DNA of 64,000 nucleotides from Eledone cirrhosa (Eukaryota), in NCBI GenBank assembly GCA_964016885.1, contig OZ024760.1, forward strand, positions 29,822,001 to 29,886,000, written 5' to 3'. The position numbers were made by a program, and so were the translations under genes. A model generated the notes under the pieces. It ran no database searches. It was not told where the DNA came from and saw only the letters and a program-made list of their open reading frames with translations. The first letter of the stretch is position 1; every line of letters starts with the position of its first letter. Shown in pieces: positions 1 through 12,800 of this stretch.

Positions 1-3000
1 GTAATGTAATGTGTAATGTAATGTAATGTAATGTGTAATGTAATGTAATGTAATGTAATGTAATGTAATGTAATGTAATGTGTAATGTAATGTAATGTAA
101 TGTAACGTGTAATGTAATGTAATGTAATGTAATGTAATGTAATGTAATGTGTAATGTAATGTAATGTGTAATGTAATGTAATGTAATGTAATGTGTAATG
201 TAATGTAATGTAACATGTAATGTAATGTAATGTAATGTAATGTAATGTGTAATGTAATGTAATGTAACGTAATGTAATGTGTAATGTAATGTAATGTAAT
301 GTAATATAATGTAATGTAATGTAATGTGTAATGTAATGTTATGTAATGTAGTGTGTAATGTAATGTAATGTAATGTAATGTAATGTACTGTAATGTGTAA
401 TGTAATGTAATGTAATGTGTAACGTAATGTAATGTAATATAATGTAATGTAATGTGTAATGTAATGTAATGTAATGTAATGTGTAATGTAATGTAATGTA
501 GTGTGTAATGTAATGTAATGTAATATAATGTAATGTAACGTAATGTAATGTAATGTAATGTAATGTAATGTAAGGTAAGGTAATGTAATATAATATAATG
601 CGTAATGTAATGTAATGTAATGTAATGTGTAATGAAATGTAATGTAATGTAATGTAACGTAATTTAATGTAATGTAATGTAATGTAATTTGTAATGTAAT
701 GTAATGTAATGTGTAAAGTAATGTAATGGAAAGTGTAATGTAATGTAATGTAATGTAATGTCATGTAATGTGTAATGTAATGTGTAATGTAATGTAATGT
801 AATGTAAAGTAATATATGTAATGTAATGTAATGTAATGTAATGTAAAGTAATATATGTAATGTAATGTAATGTAATGTAATCTAATGTAATGTAATGTAA
901 TGTGTAATGTAATGTAATGTAATGTAATGTAATGTGTAATGTAATGTAATGTGTAATGTAATGTAATGTAATGTAATGTAATGTAATGTAATGTAATGTA
1001 ATCTAATGTAACGTAATGTAATGTGTAATGTAATGTAATGTAATGTAATGTAATGTAATGTGTAATGTAATGTAATGTAATGTAATGTAATGTAATGTGT
1101 AATGTAATGTAATGTAATGTAATGTAACGTGTAATGTAATGTAATGTAATGTAATGTGTAATGTAATGTAATGTAATGTAATGTGTAATGTAATGTAGTG
1201 TAATGTAATGTAATGTAATGTAATGTAATGTAATGTAATGTAATGTGTAATGTAATGTAATGTAATGTAATGTAATGTGTAATGTAATGTAATGTAATGT
1301 AATGTATAATTTAATGTAATGTAATGTAATGTGTAATGTAATGTAATGTAATGTAATGTGTAATGTAATGTAATGTAATGTAATGTGTAATGTAATGTAA
1401 TGTAATGTAATGTAATGTGTAATGTAATGTAATGTAATGTAATGTGTAATGTAATGTAGTGTGTAATGTAAGGTAATGTAATGTAGTGTGTAATGTAATG
1501 TAATGTAATGTGTAATGTAATGTGTAATGTAATGTAATGTAATGTAATATAACGTGTAATGTAATGTAATGTGTAATGTAATGTAATGTAATGTAATGTA
1601 ATGTAATGTAATTTAATGTAATGTAATGTAATGTGTAATGTAATGTAATGTGTAATGTAATGTAATGTAATGTAATGTAATGTGTAATGTAATGTAATGT
1701 AATGTAATGTAATGTAATGTAATGTAATGTAATGTAATGTGTAATGTAATGTAATGTAATGTAATGTGTAATGTAGTGTAGTGTAATATAATGTAATGTA
1801 ATGTAATGTAATGTAATGTAATGTGTAATGTAATGTGTAATGTAATGTAATGTAATGTAATATATGTAATGTAATGTAATGCAATGTAATGTAATGTAAT
1901 GTGTAATGTAATGTAATGTAATGTGTAATGTAATGTAATGTAATGTAATGTAATGTAATGTAATGTGTAATGTAATCTAATGTGTAATGTAAAGTAATGT
2001 AATGTAACGTAATGTAATGTAATGTAATGTGTAATGTAATGTAATCTAATGTAGTGTGTAATGTAATGTAATGTTATGTAATGTGTAATGTAATGTAATG
2101 TAATGTTTAATCTAATATAATGTAATGTAATGTAATGTGTAATGTAATGTAATGTAATGTAATGTGTAATGTAATGTAATGTAATGTAATGTAATGTGTA
2201 ATGTAATGTAATGTGTAATATAATGTAATGTAATGTAATGTAATGTGTAATGGAATGTAATGTAATGTAATGAAATGTGTAATGTAATGTGTAATGTAAT
2301 GTAATGTAATGTAATGTAATGTAATGTAATGTAATGTAATGTAATGTGTAATGTAATGTAGTGTAATGTAATGTAATGTAATGTAATGTAATGTAATGTA
2401 ATGTAATGTGTAATGTAATGTAATGTAATGTAATGTAATGTAATGTAATGTGTAATGTAATGTAATGTAATGTAATGTATAATGTAATGTAATGTAATGT
2501 AATGTGTAATGTAATGTAATGTAATGTAATGTGTAATGTAATGTAATGTAATGTGTAATGTAATGTAATGTAATGTAATGTAATGTGTAATGTAATGTAA
2601 TGTAATGTAATGTAATGTTTAATGTAGTGTAATGTAATGTAATGTAACGTAATGTAATGTAATGTAATGTTTAATGTAATGTAATGTAATGTAATGTAAT
2701 ATTTAATGTAATGTAATGTAATGTAATGTAATGTAATTTAATGTGTAATGTAATGTAATGTAATGTAATGTAATGTAATGTAATGTAATGTAGTGTAATG
2801 TAATGAAATGTAATGTAATGTGTAATGTAATGTAATGTAATGTAATGTAATGTAATGTAATGTGTAATGTAATGTAATGTAATGTAATGTGTAATGTAAT
2901 GTAATGTAATGTAATTTAATGTAATGTAATGTAATGTAATGTAATGTAATGTAATGTAATGTATGTTTAATGAGATGTAATGTAATATAACGTAATGTTT

Positions 3001-6000
3001 AATGTAATGTAATGTGTAATATAATGTAATGTAATGTAATGTGTAATGTAATGTAATATAATGTAATGTAATGTGTAATGTAATGTAATGTAATGTAATG
3101 TAATGTGTAATGTAATGTAATGTAATGTAATGTGTAATATAATGTAATGTAATGTAATGTAATGTAATGTGTAATGTAATGTAATGTAATGTAATGTAAT
3201 GTAATGTAATGTGTAATGTAATGTAATGTAATGTAATGTAATGTAATGTAATGTAATGTGTAATGTAATGTAATGTAATGTAATGTAATGTGTAATGTAA
3301 TGTAATGTAATGTAATGTAATGTAATGTAATGTAATGTGTAATGTAACGCACTGTAATGTAATGTAATGTGTAATCTAATGTAATGTAATGTAATGTAAT
3401 GTAATGTAATGTGTAATGTAATGTAATGTAATGTAATGTAATGTAATGTAATGTAATGTAATGTAATGTGTAATTTAATGTAATGTAATGCAATTTAATG
3501 TAATGTAATGTAATGTAATGTAATGTAATGTAATATGTAATGTAATGTAATGTAATTTAATGTAATGTAATGTGTAATGTAATGTAATGTAATGAAAATG
3601 TAATGTAATGTGTAATGTAATGTGTAATGTAATGTAATGTGTAATGTAATGTAATGTAATGTAATGTAATGTAATGTAATGTGTAATGTAATGTAATGTA
3701 ATGTAATGTAATGTAATGTAATGTGTAATGTAATGTAATGTAATGTAATGTAATGTAATGTAATGTAATGTAATGTAATGTAATGTAATGTAATGTAATG
3801 TAATGTAATGTAATGTAATGTAATGTAATGTTTAATGAGATGTAATGTAATGTAACGTAATGTTTAATGTAATGTAATGTGTAATATAATGTAATGTAAT
3901 GTAATGTGTAATTTAATGTAATGTAATCTAATGTAATGTGTAACATAATATAATGTAATGTAACGTAATATGTAATGTAATGTAATGTGTCATGTAGTGT
4001 AATGTAATGTAATGTAATGTAATATGTAATGTAATGTAATATGTAATGTAGTGTAATGTAATGTAATGTAATGTAATGTAATGTGTAATGTAATGTAATG
4101 TGTAATGTAATGTAACGTAATGTAATGTAATGTAATGTAATGTAATCTAATGTAACGTAATGTAATGTGTAATGTAATGTAATGTAATTTAATGTAATGT
4201 AATGTGTAATGTAATGTAATGTAATGTAATGTAATGTGTAATGTAATGTAATGTAATGTAATGTAACGTGTAATGTAATGTAATGTAATGTGTAATGTAA
4301 TGTAATGTAATGTAATGTAATGTAATGTAATGTAATGTAATGTGTAATGTAATGCAATGTAATGTAATGTAATGTATAATGTAATGTAATGTAATGTGTA
4401 ATGTAATGTAATGTAATGTAATGTGTAATGTAATGTAATGTAATGTGTAATGTAATGTAATGTAATGTAATGTAATGTGTAATGTAATATAATGTAATGT
4501 AATGTGTAATGTAATGTGTAATGTAATGTAATGTAATGTAATATAACGTGTAATGTAATGTAATGTGTAATGTAATGTAATGTAATGTAATGTAATGTAA
4601 TGTAATTTAATGTAATGTAATGTGTAATGTAATGTAATGTAATGTGTAATGTAATGTAATGTAATGTGTAATGTAATGTAATGTAATGTAATGTAATGTA
4701 ATGTAATGTAATGTAATGTGTAATGTAATGTAATGTAATGTGTAATGTAGTGTAATGTAATGTAATGTAATGTAATGTAATGTAATGTAATGTGTAATGT
4801 AATGTGTAATGTAATGTAATGTAATGCAATATATGTAATGTAATGTAATGCAATGTAATGTAATGTAATATGTAATGTGATGTAATGTAATGTAATGTGT
4901 AATGTAATGTAATGTAATGTAATGTAATGTAATGTAATGTAATGTGTAATGTAATCTAATGTGTAATGTAAAGTAATGTAATGTAATGTAATGTAATGTA
5001 ATGTAATGTGTAATGTAATGTAATCTAATGTAGTGTGTAATGTAATGTAATGTTATGTAATGTGTAATGTAATGTAATGTAATGTTTAATCTAATGTAAT
5101 GTAATGTAAAGTAATGTGTAATGTAATGTAATCTAATGTAATGTAATGTGTAATGTAATGTAATGTAATGTAATGTAATGTGTAATGTAATGTAATGTGT
5201 AATATAATGTAATGTAATGTAATGTAATGTAATGTGTAATGGAATGTAATGTAATGTAATGAAATGTGTAATGTAATGTGTAATGTAATGTAATGTGTAA
5301 TGTAATGTAATGTAATGTAATGTAATGTAATGTAATGTGTAATGTAATGTAATGTAATGGAATGTGTAATGTAATGTAATGTAATGTTAAGTAATGTGTA
5401 ATGTAATGTAATGTAATGTAATGTAATGTAACGTAATGTAACGTGTAATGTAATGTAATGTATGTAATGTAATGTAATGTAACGTAATGTAATGTGTAAT
5501 GTAATGTAATGTAAAGTAATGTGTAATATAATGTAATGTAATGTAATGTAGTGTGTAATGTAATGTAAGGTTATGTGTAACGTAATGTAATGTAATGTGT
5601 AACGTAATGTAATGTAATGTAATATGTAATGTAATGTAATGTAAAGTAACTTAATGTAATGTAATGTGTAATGTAATGTAATGTAATGTAATGTAATGTA
5701 ATGCGTAATGTAATGTAATGTAATTTAATGTAATGTAATGTGTAATGTAATGTAATGTAATGTGTAATATAATGTAATGTAATGTAATGTAGTGTGTAAT
5801 GTAATGTAAGGTATTGTGTAATGTAATGTAATGTGTAATGTAATGTAATGTAATGTAATATGTAATGTAATGTAATGTAATGTAATGTAATGTAATGCGT
5901 AATGTAATGTAATGTAATATAATGTAATGTGTAATGTAATGTGTAACGTAATGTAATGTAATGTGTAATGTAATGTAATGTAATGTAATGTAATGTGTAA

Positions 6001-7853
6001 TGTAATGTAATGTAATGTAATGTAATGTAATGTAATGTAATGTAATGTAATGTGTAATGTAATGTAATGTAATGTAATGTGTAATGTAATGTAATGTAAT
6101 GTAATGTAATGTAATGTAATGTAATGTGTAATGTAATGTGTAATGTAATGTAATGTAATGTAATGTAATGTGTAATGTAATGTAATGTAACGTGTAATGT
6201 AATGTAATGTAATGTGTAATGTAATGTAATGTAATGTAATGTAATCTAATGTGTAATGTAATGTAATGTAATGTAATGTAATGTAATGTGTAATGTAATG
6301 TAATGTAATGTAGTGTGTAATGTAATGTAATGTAATGTAATGTAATGTAATGTACTGTAATGTGTAATGTAATGTAATGTAATGTGTAATGTAATGTAAT
6401 GTAATATAATGTAATGTAATGTGTAATGTAATGTAATGTAATGTAATGTGTAATGTGTAATGTAATGTAATGTAATGTAGTGTGTAATGTAATGTAATGT
6501 AATGTAATATAATGTAATGTAACGTAATGTAATGTAATGTAATGTAATGTAATGTAATGTAATGTAATATAATATAATGCGTAATGTAATGTAATGTAAT
6601 GTAATGTAATGTGTAATTTAATGTAATGTAATGTAATGTAACGTAATTTAATGTAATGTAATGTAATGTAATGCAATTTGTAATGTAATGTAATGTAATG
6701 TGTAAAGTAATGTAATGGAAAGTGTAATGTAATGTAATGTAATGTCATGTAATGTGTAATGTAGTGTAATGTAATGTAATGTAATGTAATGTAATGTAAT
6801 GTAATGTAATGTGTAATGTAATGTGTAATGTAATGTAATGTAATGTAATGTAAAGTAATATATGTAATGTAATGTAATGTAATGTAAAGTAATATATGTA
6901 ATGTAATGTAATGTAATGTAATCTAATGTAATGTAATGTAATGTGTAATGTAATGTAATGTGTAATGTAATGTAATGTAATGTAATGTGTAATGTGTAAT
7001 GTAATGTAATGTAATGTAATGTGTAATGTAATGTAATATAATGTGTAATGTAATGTAATGTAATATAATGTAATGTAATGTAATGTAACGTGTAATGTAA
7101 TGTAATGTAATGTAACGTGTAATGTAATGTAATGTAATGTAATGTAATGTAATGTGTAAGGTAATGTAATGTAATGTAATGTAATGTAATGTAATGTAAT
7201 GTGTAATGTGTAATGTAATGTAATGTAATGTGTAATGTAATGTAATGTAATGTGTAATGTAATGTAATGTAATGTAATGAAATGTAATGTAATGTAATGT
7301 GTAATGTAATGTAATGTAATGTAGTGTGTAATGTAATGTAATGTAATGTAATGTGTAATGTAATGTAATGTAATGTAATGTGTAATGTAATGTAACGTAA
7401 TGCAATGTAATGTGTAATGTAATGTAATGTAATGTAATGTGTAATGTAATATAATGTAACGTAATATAATGTAATGTAATGTGTAATGAAATGTAATGTA
7501 ATGTGTAATGTAATGTAATGTAATGTGTAATTTAATGTAATGTAATGTGTAATGTAATGTAATGAAATGTAATGTAATGTGTAATGTAATGTAATGTAAT
7601 GTAATGTGTAAGGTAATGTAATGTAATGTAATGTGTAATGTAATGTAATGTAATGTGTAATGTAATGTAATGTAATGTAATGTAATGTAATGTGTAATGT
7701 AATGTAATGTAATTTGTAATGTACTGTAATCTAATGTAATGTAATGTAATGTAATGTGTAATGTAATGTAATGTAATGGAATGTGTAATGTAATGTGTAA
7801 TGTAATGTAATGTAATGTCTAATGTGATGTAATGTATTGTAATGTAATGTAAT

Positions 7854-8041
7854 TGTTTCTAATTTAGGAACAAGGGCAGCAATTACCCTGTGCATTACTG
7901 GTACTTTATTTTATCGACCCCATAAGGATGAAAAGCAAAGTCAACCTCGGTGGGATTTGAACTCAGATCGTAAAGGGACGTAACTATGCTGGAAAGCATG
8001 GCGTCCGACCCTCTATCGATACTGCCAATCCACCGCCGTTT
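7854..8041 (-). mobile_element. tRNA-derived SINE-like element, copy 1 (188 bp)
   Basis: Minus strand: GGCGG start, A-box-like TGGCAGTATCGA, B box GAGTTCAAATCCC, Meta-like GCTTTTCATCCTTATGGGGTCGATAAAATAAAGTACCAG, 3' end TAAATTAGAAACA joined to (ATTAC)n. Three private substitutions versus the other copies (+ strand ggAac, cccAta, ctaTcg). Confidence 0.88.
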
Positions 8042-9899
8042 GTAATGTAATGTGTAATGTAATGTAATGTAATGAAAATGTAATGTAATGTGTAATGTAA
8101 TGTGTAATGTAATGTAATGTGTAATGTAATGTAATGTAATGTAATGTAATGTAATGTGTAATGTAATGTAATTTAATGTAATGTAATGAAATGTAATGTT
8201 TAATATAGTGTAATGTAATGTAATGTAATGTAATGTAATGTAATGTTTAATGTAATGTAATGTAATGTAATGTAATCTTTAATGTAATGTAATGTAATGT
8301 AATTTAATGTGTAATGTAATGTAATGTAATGTAAAGTAATGTAGTGTAATGTAATGAAATGTAATGTAATGTGTAATGTAATGTAATGTAATGTAATGTA
8401 ATGTAACGTGTAATGTAATGTAATGTAATGTAATGTGTAATATAATGTAATGTAATGTAATGTAGTGTGTAATGTAATGTAAGGTAATGTGTAATGTAAT
8501 GTAATGTGTAATGTAATGTAATGTAATGTAATATGTAATGTAATGTAATGTTATGTAATGTAATGTAATGTAATGTAATGTAATGTAATGTAATGTAATG
8601 TGTAATGTAATGTAATGTAATGTAATGTAATGTGTAATGTAATGTGTAACGTAATGTAATGTAATGTAATGTGTAATGTAATGTAATGTAATGTAATGTA
8701 ATGTAATGTAATGTGTAATGTAATGTAATTTAATGTAATGTAATGAAATGTAATGTTTAATATAGTGTAATGTAATGTAATGTAATGTAATGTAATGTAA
8801 TGTTTAATGTAATGTAATGTAATGTAATGTAATCTTTAATGTAATGTAATGTAATGTAATGTAATTTAATGTGTAATGTAATGTAATGTAATGTAAAGTA
8901 ATGTAGTGTAATGTAATGAAATGTAATGTAATGTGTAATGTAATGTAATGTAATGTAATGTAACGTGTAATGTAATGTAATATAATGTAATGTGTAATAT
9001 AATGTAATGTAATGTAATGTAGTGTGTAATGTAATGTAAGGTAATGTGTAATGTAATGTAATGTGTAATGTAATGTAATGTAATGTAATATGTAATGTAA
9101 TGTAATGTTATGTAATGTAATGTAATGTAATGTAATGTAATGTAATGTAATGTAATGTGTAACGTAATGTAATGTAATGTAATGTGTAATGTAATGTGTA
9201 ACGTAATGTAATGTAATGTAATGTGTATGTAATGTAATGTAATGTGTAATGTAATGTAATGTAATGTAATGTAATGTAATGTGTAATGTAATGTAATGTA
9301 ACGTGTAATGTAATGTAATGTAATGTAATGTAATGTAATGTGTAATGTAATGTAATGTGTAATGTAATGTAATGTAATGTAATGTAGTGTGTAATGTAAT
9401 GTAATGTAACATGTAATGTAATGTAATGTAATGTAATGTAATGTGTAATGTAATGTAATGTAACGTAATGTAATGTGTAATGTAATGTAATGTAATGTAA
9501 TATAATGAAATGTAATGTAATGTGTAATGTAATGTTATGTAATGTAGTGTGTAATGTAATGTAATGTAATGTAATGTACTGTAATGTGTAATGTAATGTA
9601 ATGTAATGTGTAATGTAATGTAATGTAATATAATGTAATGTAATGTGTAATGTAATGTAATGTAATGTAATGTGTAATGTAATGTAATGTAGTGTGTAAT
9701 GTAATGTAATGTAATATAATGTAATGTAACGTAATCTAATGTAATGTAATGTAATGTAATGTAATGTAAGGTAATGTAATATAATATAATGCGTAATGTA
9801 ATGTAATGTAATGTAATGTGTAATGAAATGTAATGTAATGTAATGTAACGTAATTTAATGTAATGTAATGTAATGTAATGTAATTTGTAATGTAATGTA

Positions 9900-12800
9900 A
9901 TGTAATGTGTAAAGTAATGTAATGGAAAGTGTAATGTAATGTAATGTAATGTCATGTAATGTGTAATGTAATGTGTAATGTAATGTAATGTAATGTAAAG
10001 TAATATATGTAATGTAATGTAATGTAATGTAATGTAAAGTAATATATGTAATGTAATGTAATGTAATGTAATCTAATGTAATGTAATGTAATGTGTAATG
10101 TAATGTAATGTAACGTAATGTAATGTGTAATGTAATGTAATGTGTAATGTAATGTAATGTAATGTAATGTGTAATGTAATGACATGTAATGTAATGTGTA
10201 ATGTAATGTAATGTAATATAATGTAATGTAATGTAACGTGTAATATAATGTAATGTAATGTAACGTGTAATGTAATGTAATGTAATGTAATGTGTAATGT
10301 AATGTAATATAATGTAACGTAATGTAATGTAATGTAATGTGTAATGAAATGTAATGTAATGTAATGTAATGTAATGTAATGTGTAATGTAATGTAATGTG
10401 TAATGTAATGTAATGTAATGTGTAATGTAATGTAATGTAATGTAATGTAATGTGTAATGTAATGTAACGTAATGTAATGTAATGTGTAATGTAATGTAAT
10501 GTAATGTAATGTGTAATGTAATGTAATGTGTAATGTGTAATGTAATGTAATGTAATATAATGTAACGTAATGTAATGTAATGTAATGTGTAATGAAATGT
10601 AATGTAATGTAATGTAATGTAATGTAATGTGTAATGTAATGTAATGTAATGTAGTGTGTAATGTAATGTAATGTGTAATGTAATGTAATGTAATGAAATG
10701 TAATGTAATGTAATGTGTAATGTAATGTAATGTAATGTAATGTGTAAGGTAATGTAATGTAATGTAATGTAATGTGTAATGTAATGTAATGTAATGTAAT
10801 GTGTAATGTAATGTAATGTAATTTGTAATGTACTGTAATCTAATGTACTGTAATGTAATGTAATGTAATGTAATGTAATGTAATGTAATGTGTAATATAA
10901 TGTAATGTAATGTAATGTAGTGTGTAATGTAATGTAAGGTAATGTGTAATGTAATGTAATGTGTAATGTAATGTAATGTAATGTAATATGTAATGTAATG
11001 TAATGTTATGTAATGTAATGTAATGTAATGTAATGTAATGTAATGTAATGTAATGTAATGTAATGTGTAATGTAATGTAATGTAATGTAATGTGTAATGT
11101 AATGTGTAACGTAATGTAATGTAATGTAATGTGTAATGTAATGTAATGTAATGTGTAATGTAATGTAATGTAATGTAATGTAATGTAATGTGTAATGTAA
11201 TGTAATGTAACGTGTAATGTAATGTAATGTAATGTAATGTAATGTAATGTGTAATGTAATGTAATGTGTAATGTAATGTAATGTAATGTAATGTAATGTG
11301 TAATGTAATGTAATGTAACATGTAATGTAATGTAATGTAATGTAATGTAATGTGTAATGTAATGTAATGTAACGTAATGTAATGTGTAATGTAATGTAAT
11401 GTAATGTAATATAATGAAATGTAATGTAATGTGTAAAGTAATGTAATGGAAAGTGTAATGTAATGTAATGTAATGTCATGTAATGTGTAATGTAATGTGT
11501 AATGTAATGTAATGTAATGTAAAGTAATATATGTAATGTAATGTAATGTAATGTAATGTAAAGTAATATATGTAATGTAATGTAATGTAATGTAATCTAA
11601 TGTAATGTAATGTAATGTGTAATGTAATGTAATGTAACGTAATGTAATGTGTAATGTAATGTAATGTGTAATGTAATGTAATGTAATGTAATGTGTAATG
11701 TAATGACATGTAATGTAATGTGTAATGTAATGTAATGTAATATAATGTAATGTAATGTAACGTGTAATATAATGTAATGTAATGTAACGTGTAATGTAAT
11801 GTAATGTAATGTAATGTGTAATGTAATGTAATATAATGTAACGTAATGTAATGTAATGTAATGTGTAATGAAATGTAATGTAATGTAATGTAATGTAATG
11901 TAATGTGTAATGTAATGTAATGTGTAATGTAATGTAATGTAATGTGTAATGTAATGTAATGTAATGTAATGTAATGTGTAATGTAATGTAACGTAATGTA
12001 ATGTAATGTGTAATGTAATGTAATGTAATGTAATGTGTAATGTAATGTAATGTGTAATGTGTAATGTAATGTAATGTAATATAATGTAACGTAATGTAAT
12101 GTAATGTAATGTGTAATGAAATGTAATGTAATGTAATGTAATGTAATGTAATGTGTAATGTAATGTAATGTAATGTAGTGTGTAATGTAATGTAATGTGT
12201 AATGTAATGTAATGTAATGAAATGTAATGTAATGTAATGTGTAATGTAATGTAATGTAATGTAATGTGTAAGGTAATGTAATGTAATGTAATGTAATGTG
12301 TAATGTAATGTAATGTAATGTAATGTGTAATGTAATGTAATGTAATTTGTAATGTACTGTAATCTAATGTACTGTAATGTAATGTAATGTAATGTAATGT
12401 AATGTAATGTAATGTGTAATATAATGTAATGTAATGTAATGTAGTGTGTAATGTAATGTAAGGTAATGTGTAATGTAATGTAATGTGTAATGTAATGTAA
12501 TGTAATGTAATATGTAATGTAATGTAATGTTATGTAATGTAATGTAATGTAATGTAATGTAATGTAATGTAATGTAATGTGTAATGTAATGTAATGTAAT
12601 GTAATGTGTAATGTAATGTGTAACGTAATGTAATGTAATGTAATGTGTAATGTAATGTAATGTAATGTGTAATGTAATGTAATGTAATGTAATGTAATGT
12701 AATGTGTAATGTAATGTAATGTAACGTGTAATGTAATGTAATGTAATGTAATGTAATGTAATGTGTAATGTAATGTAATGTGTAATGTAATGTAATGTAA

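Noticed and set aside
7849-8046. Target-site duplication or terminal inverted repeats around the element
   Set aside because: Both flanks are GTAAT repeats, so a TSD cannot be distinguished. The ends (TGTTTCT / GCCGTTT) are not inverted repeats, so it is not a MITE.
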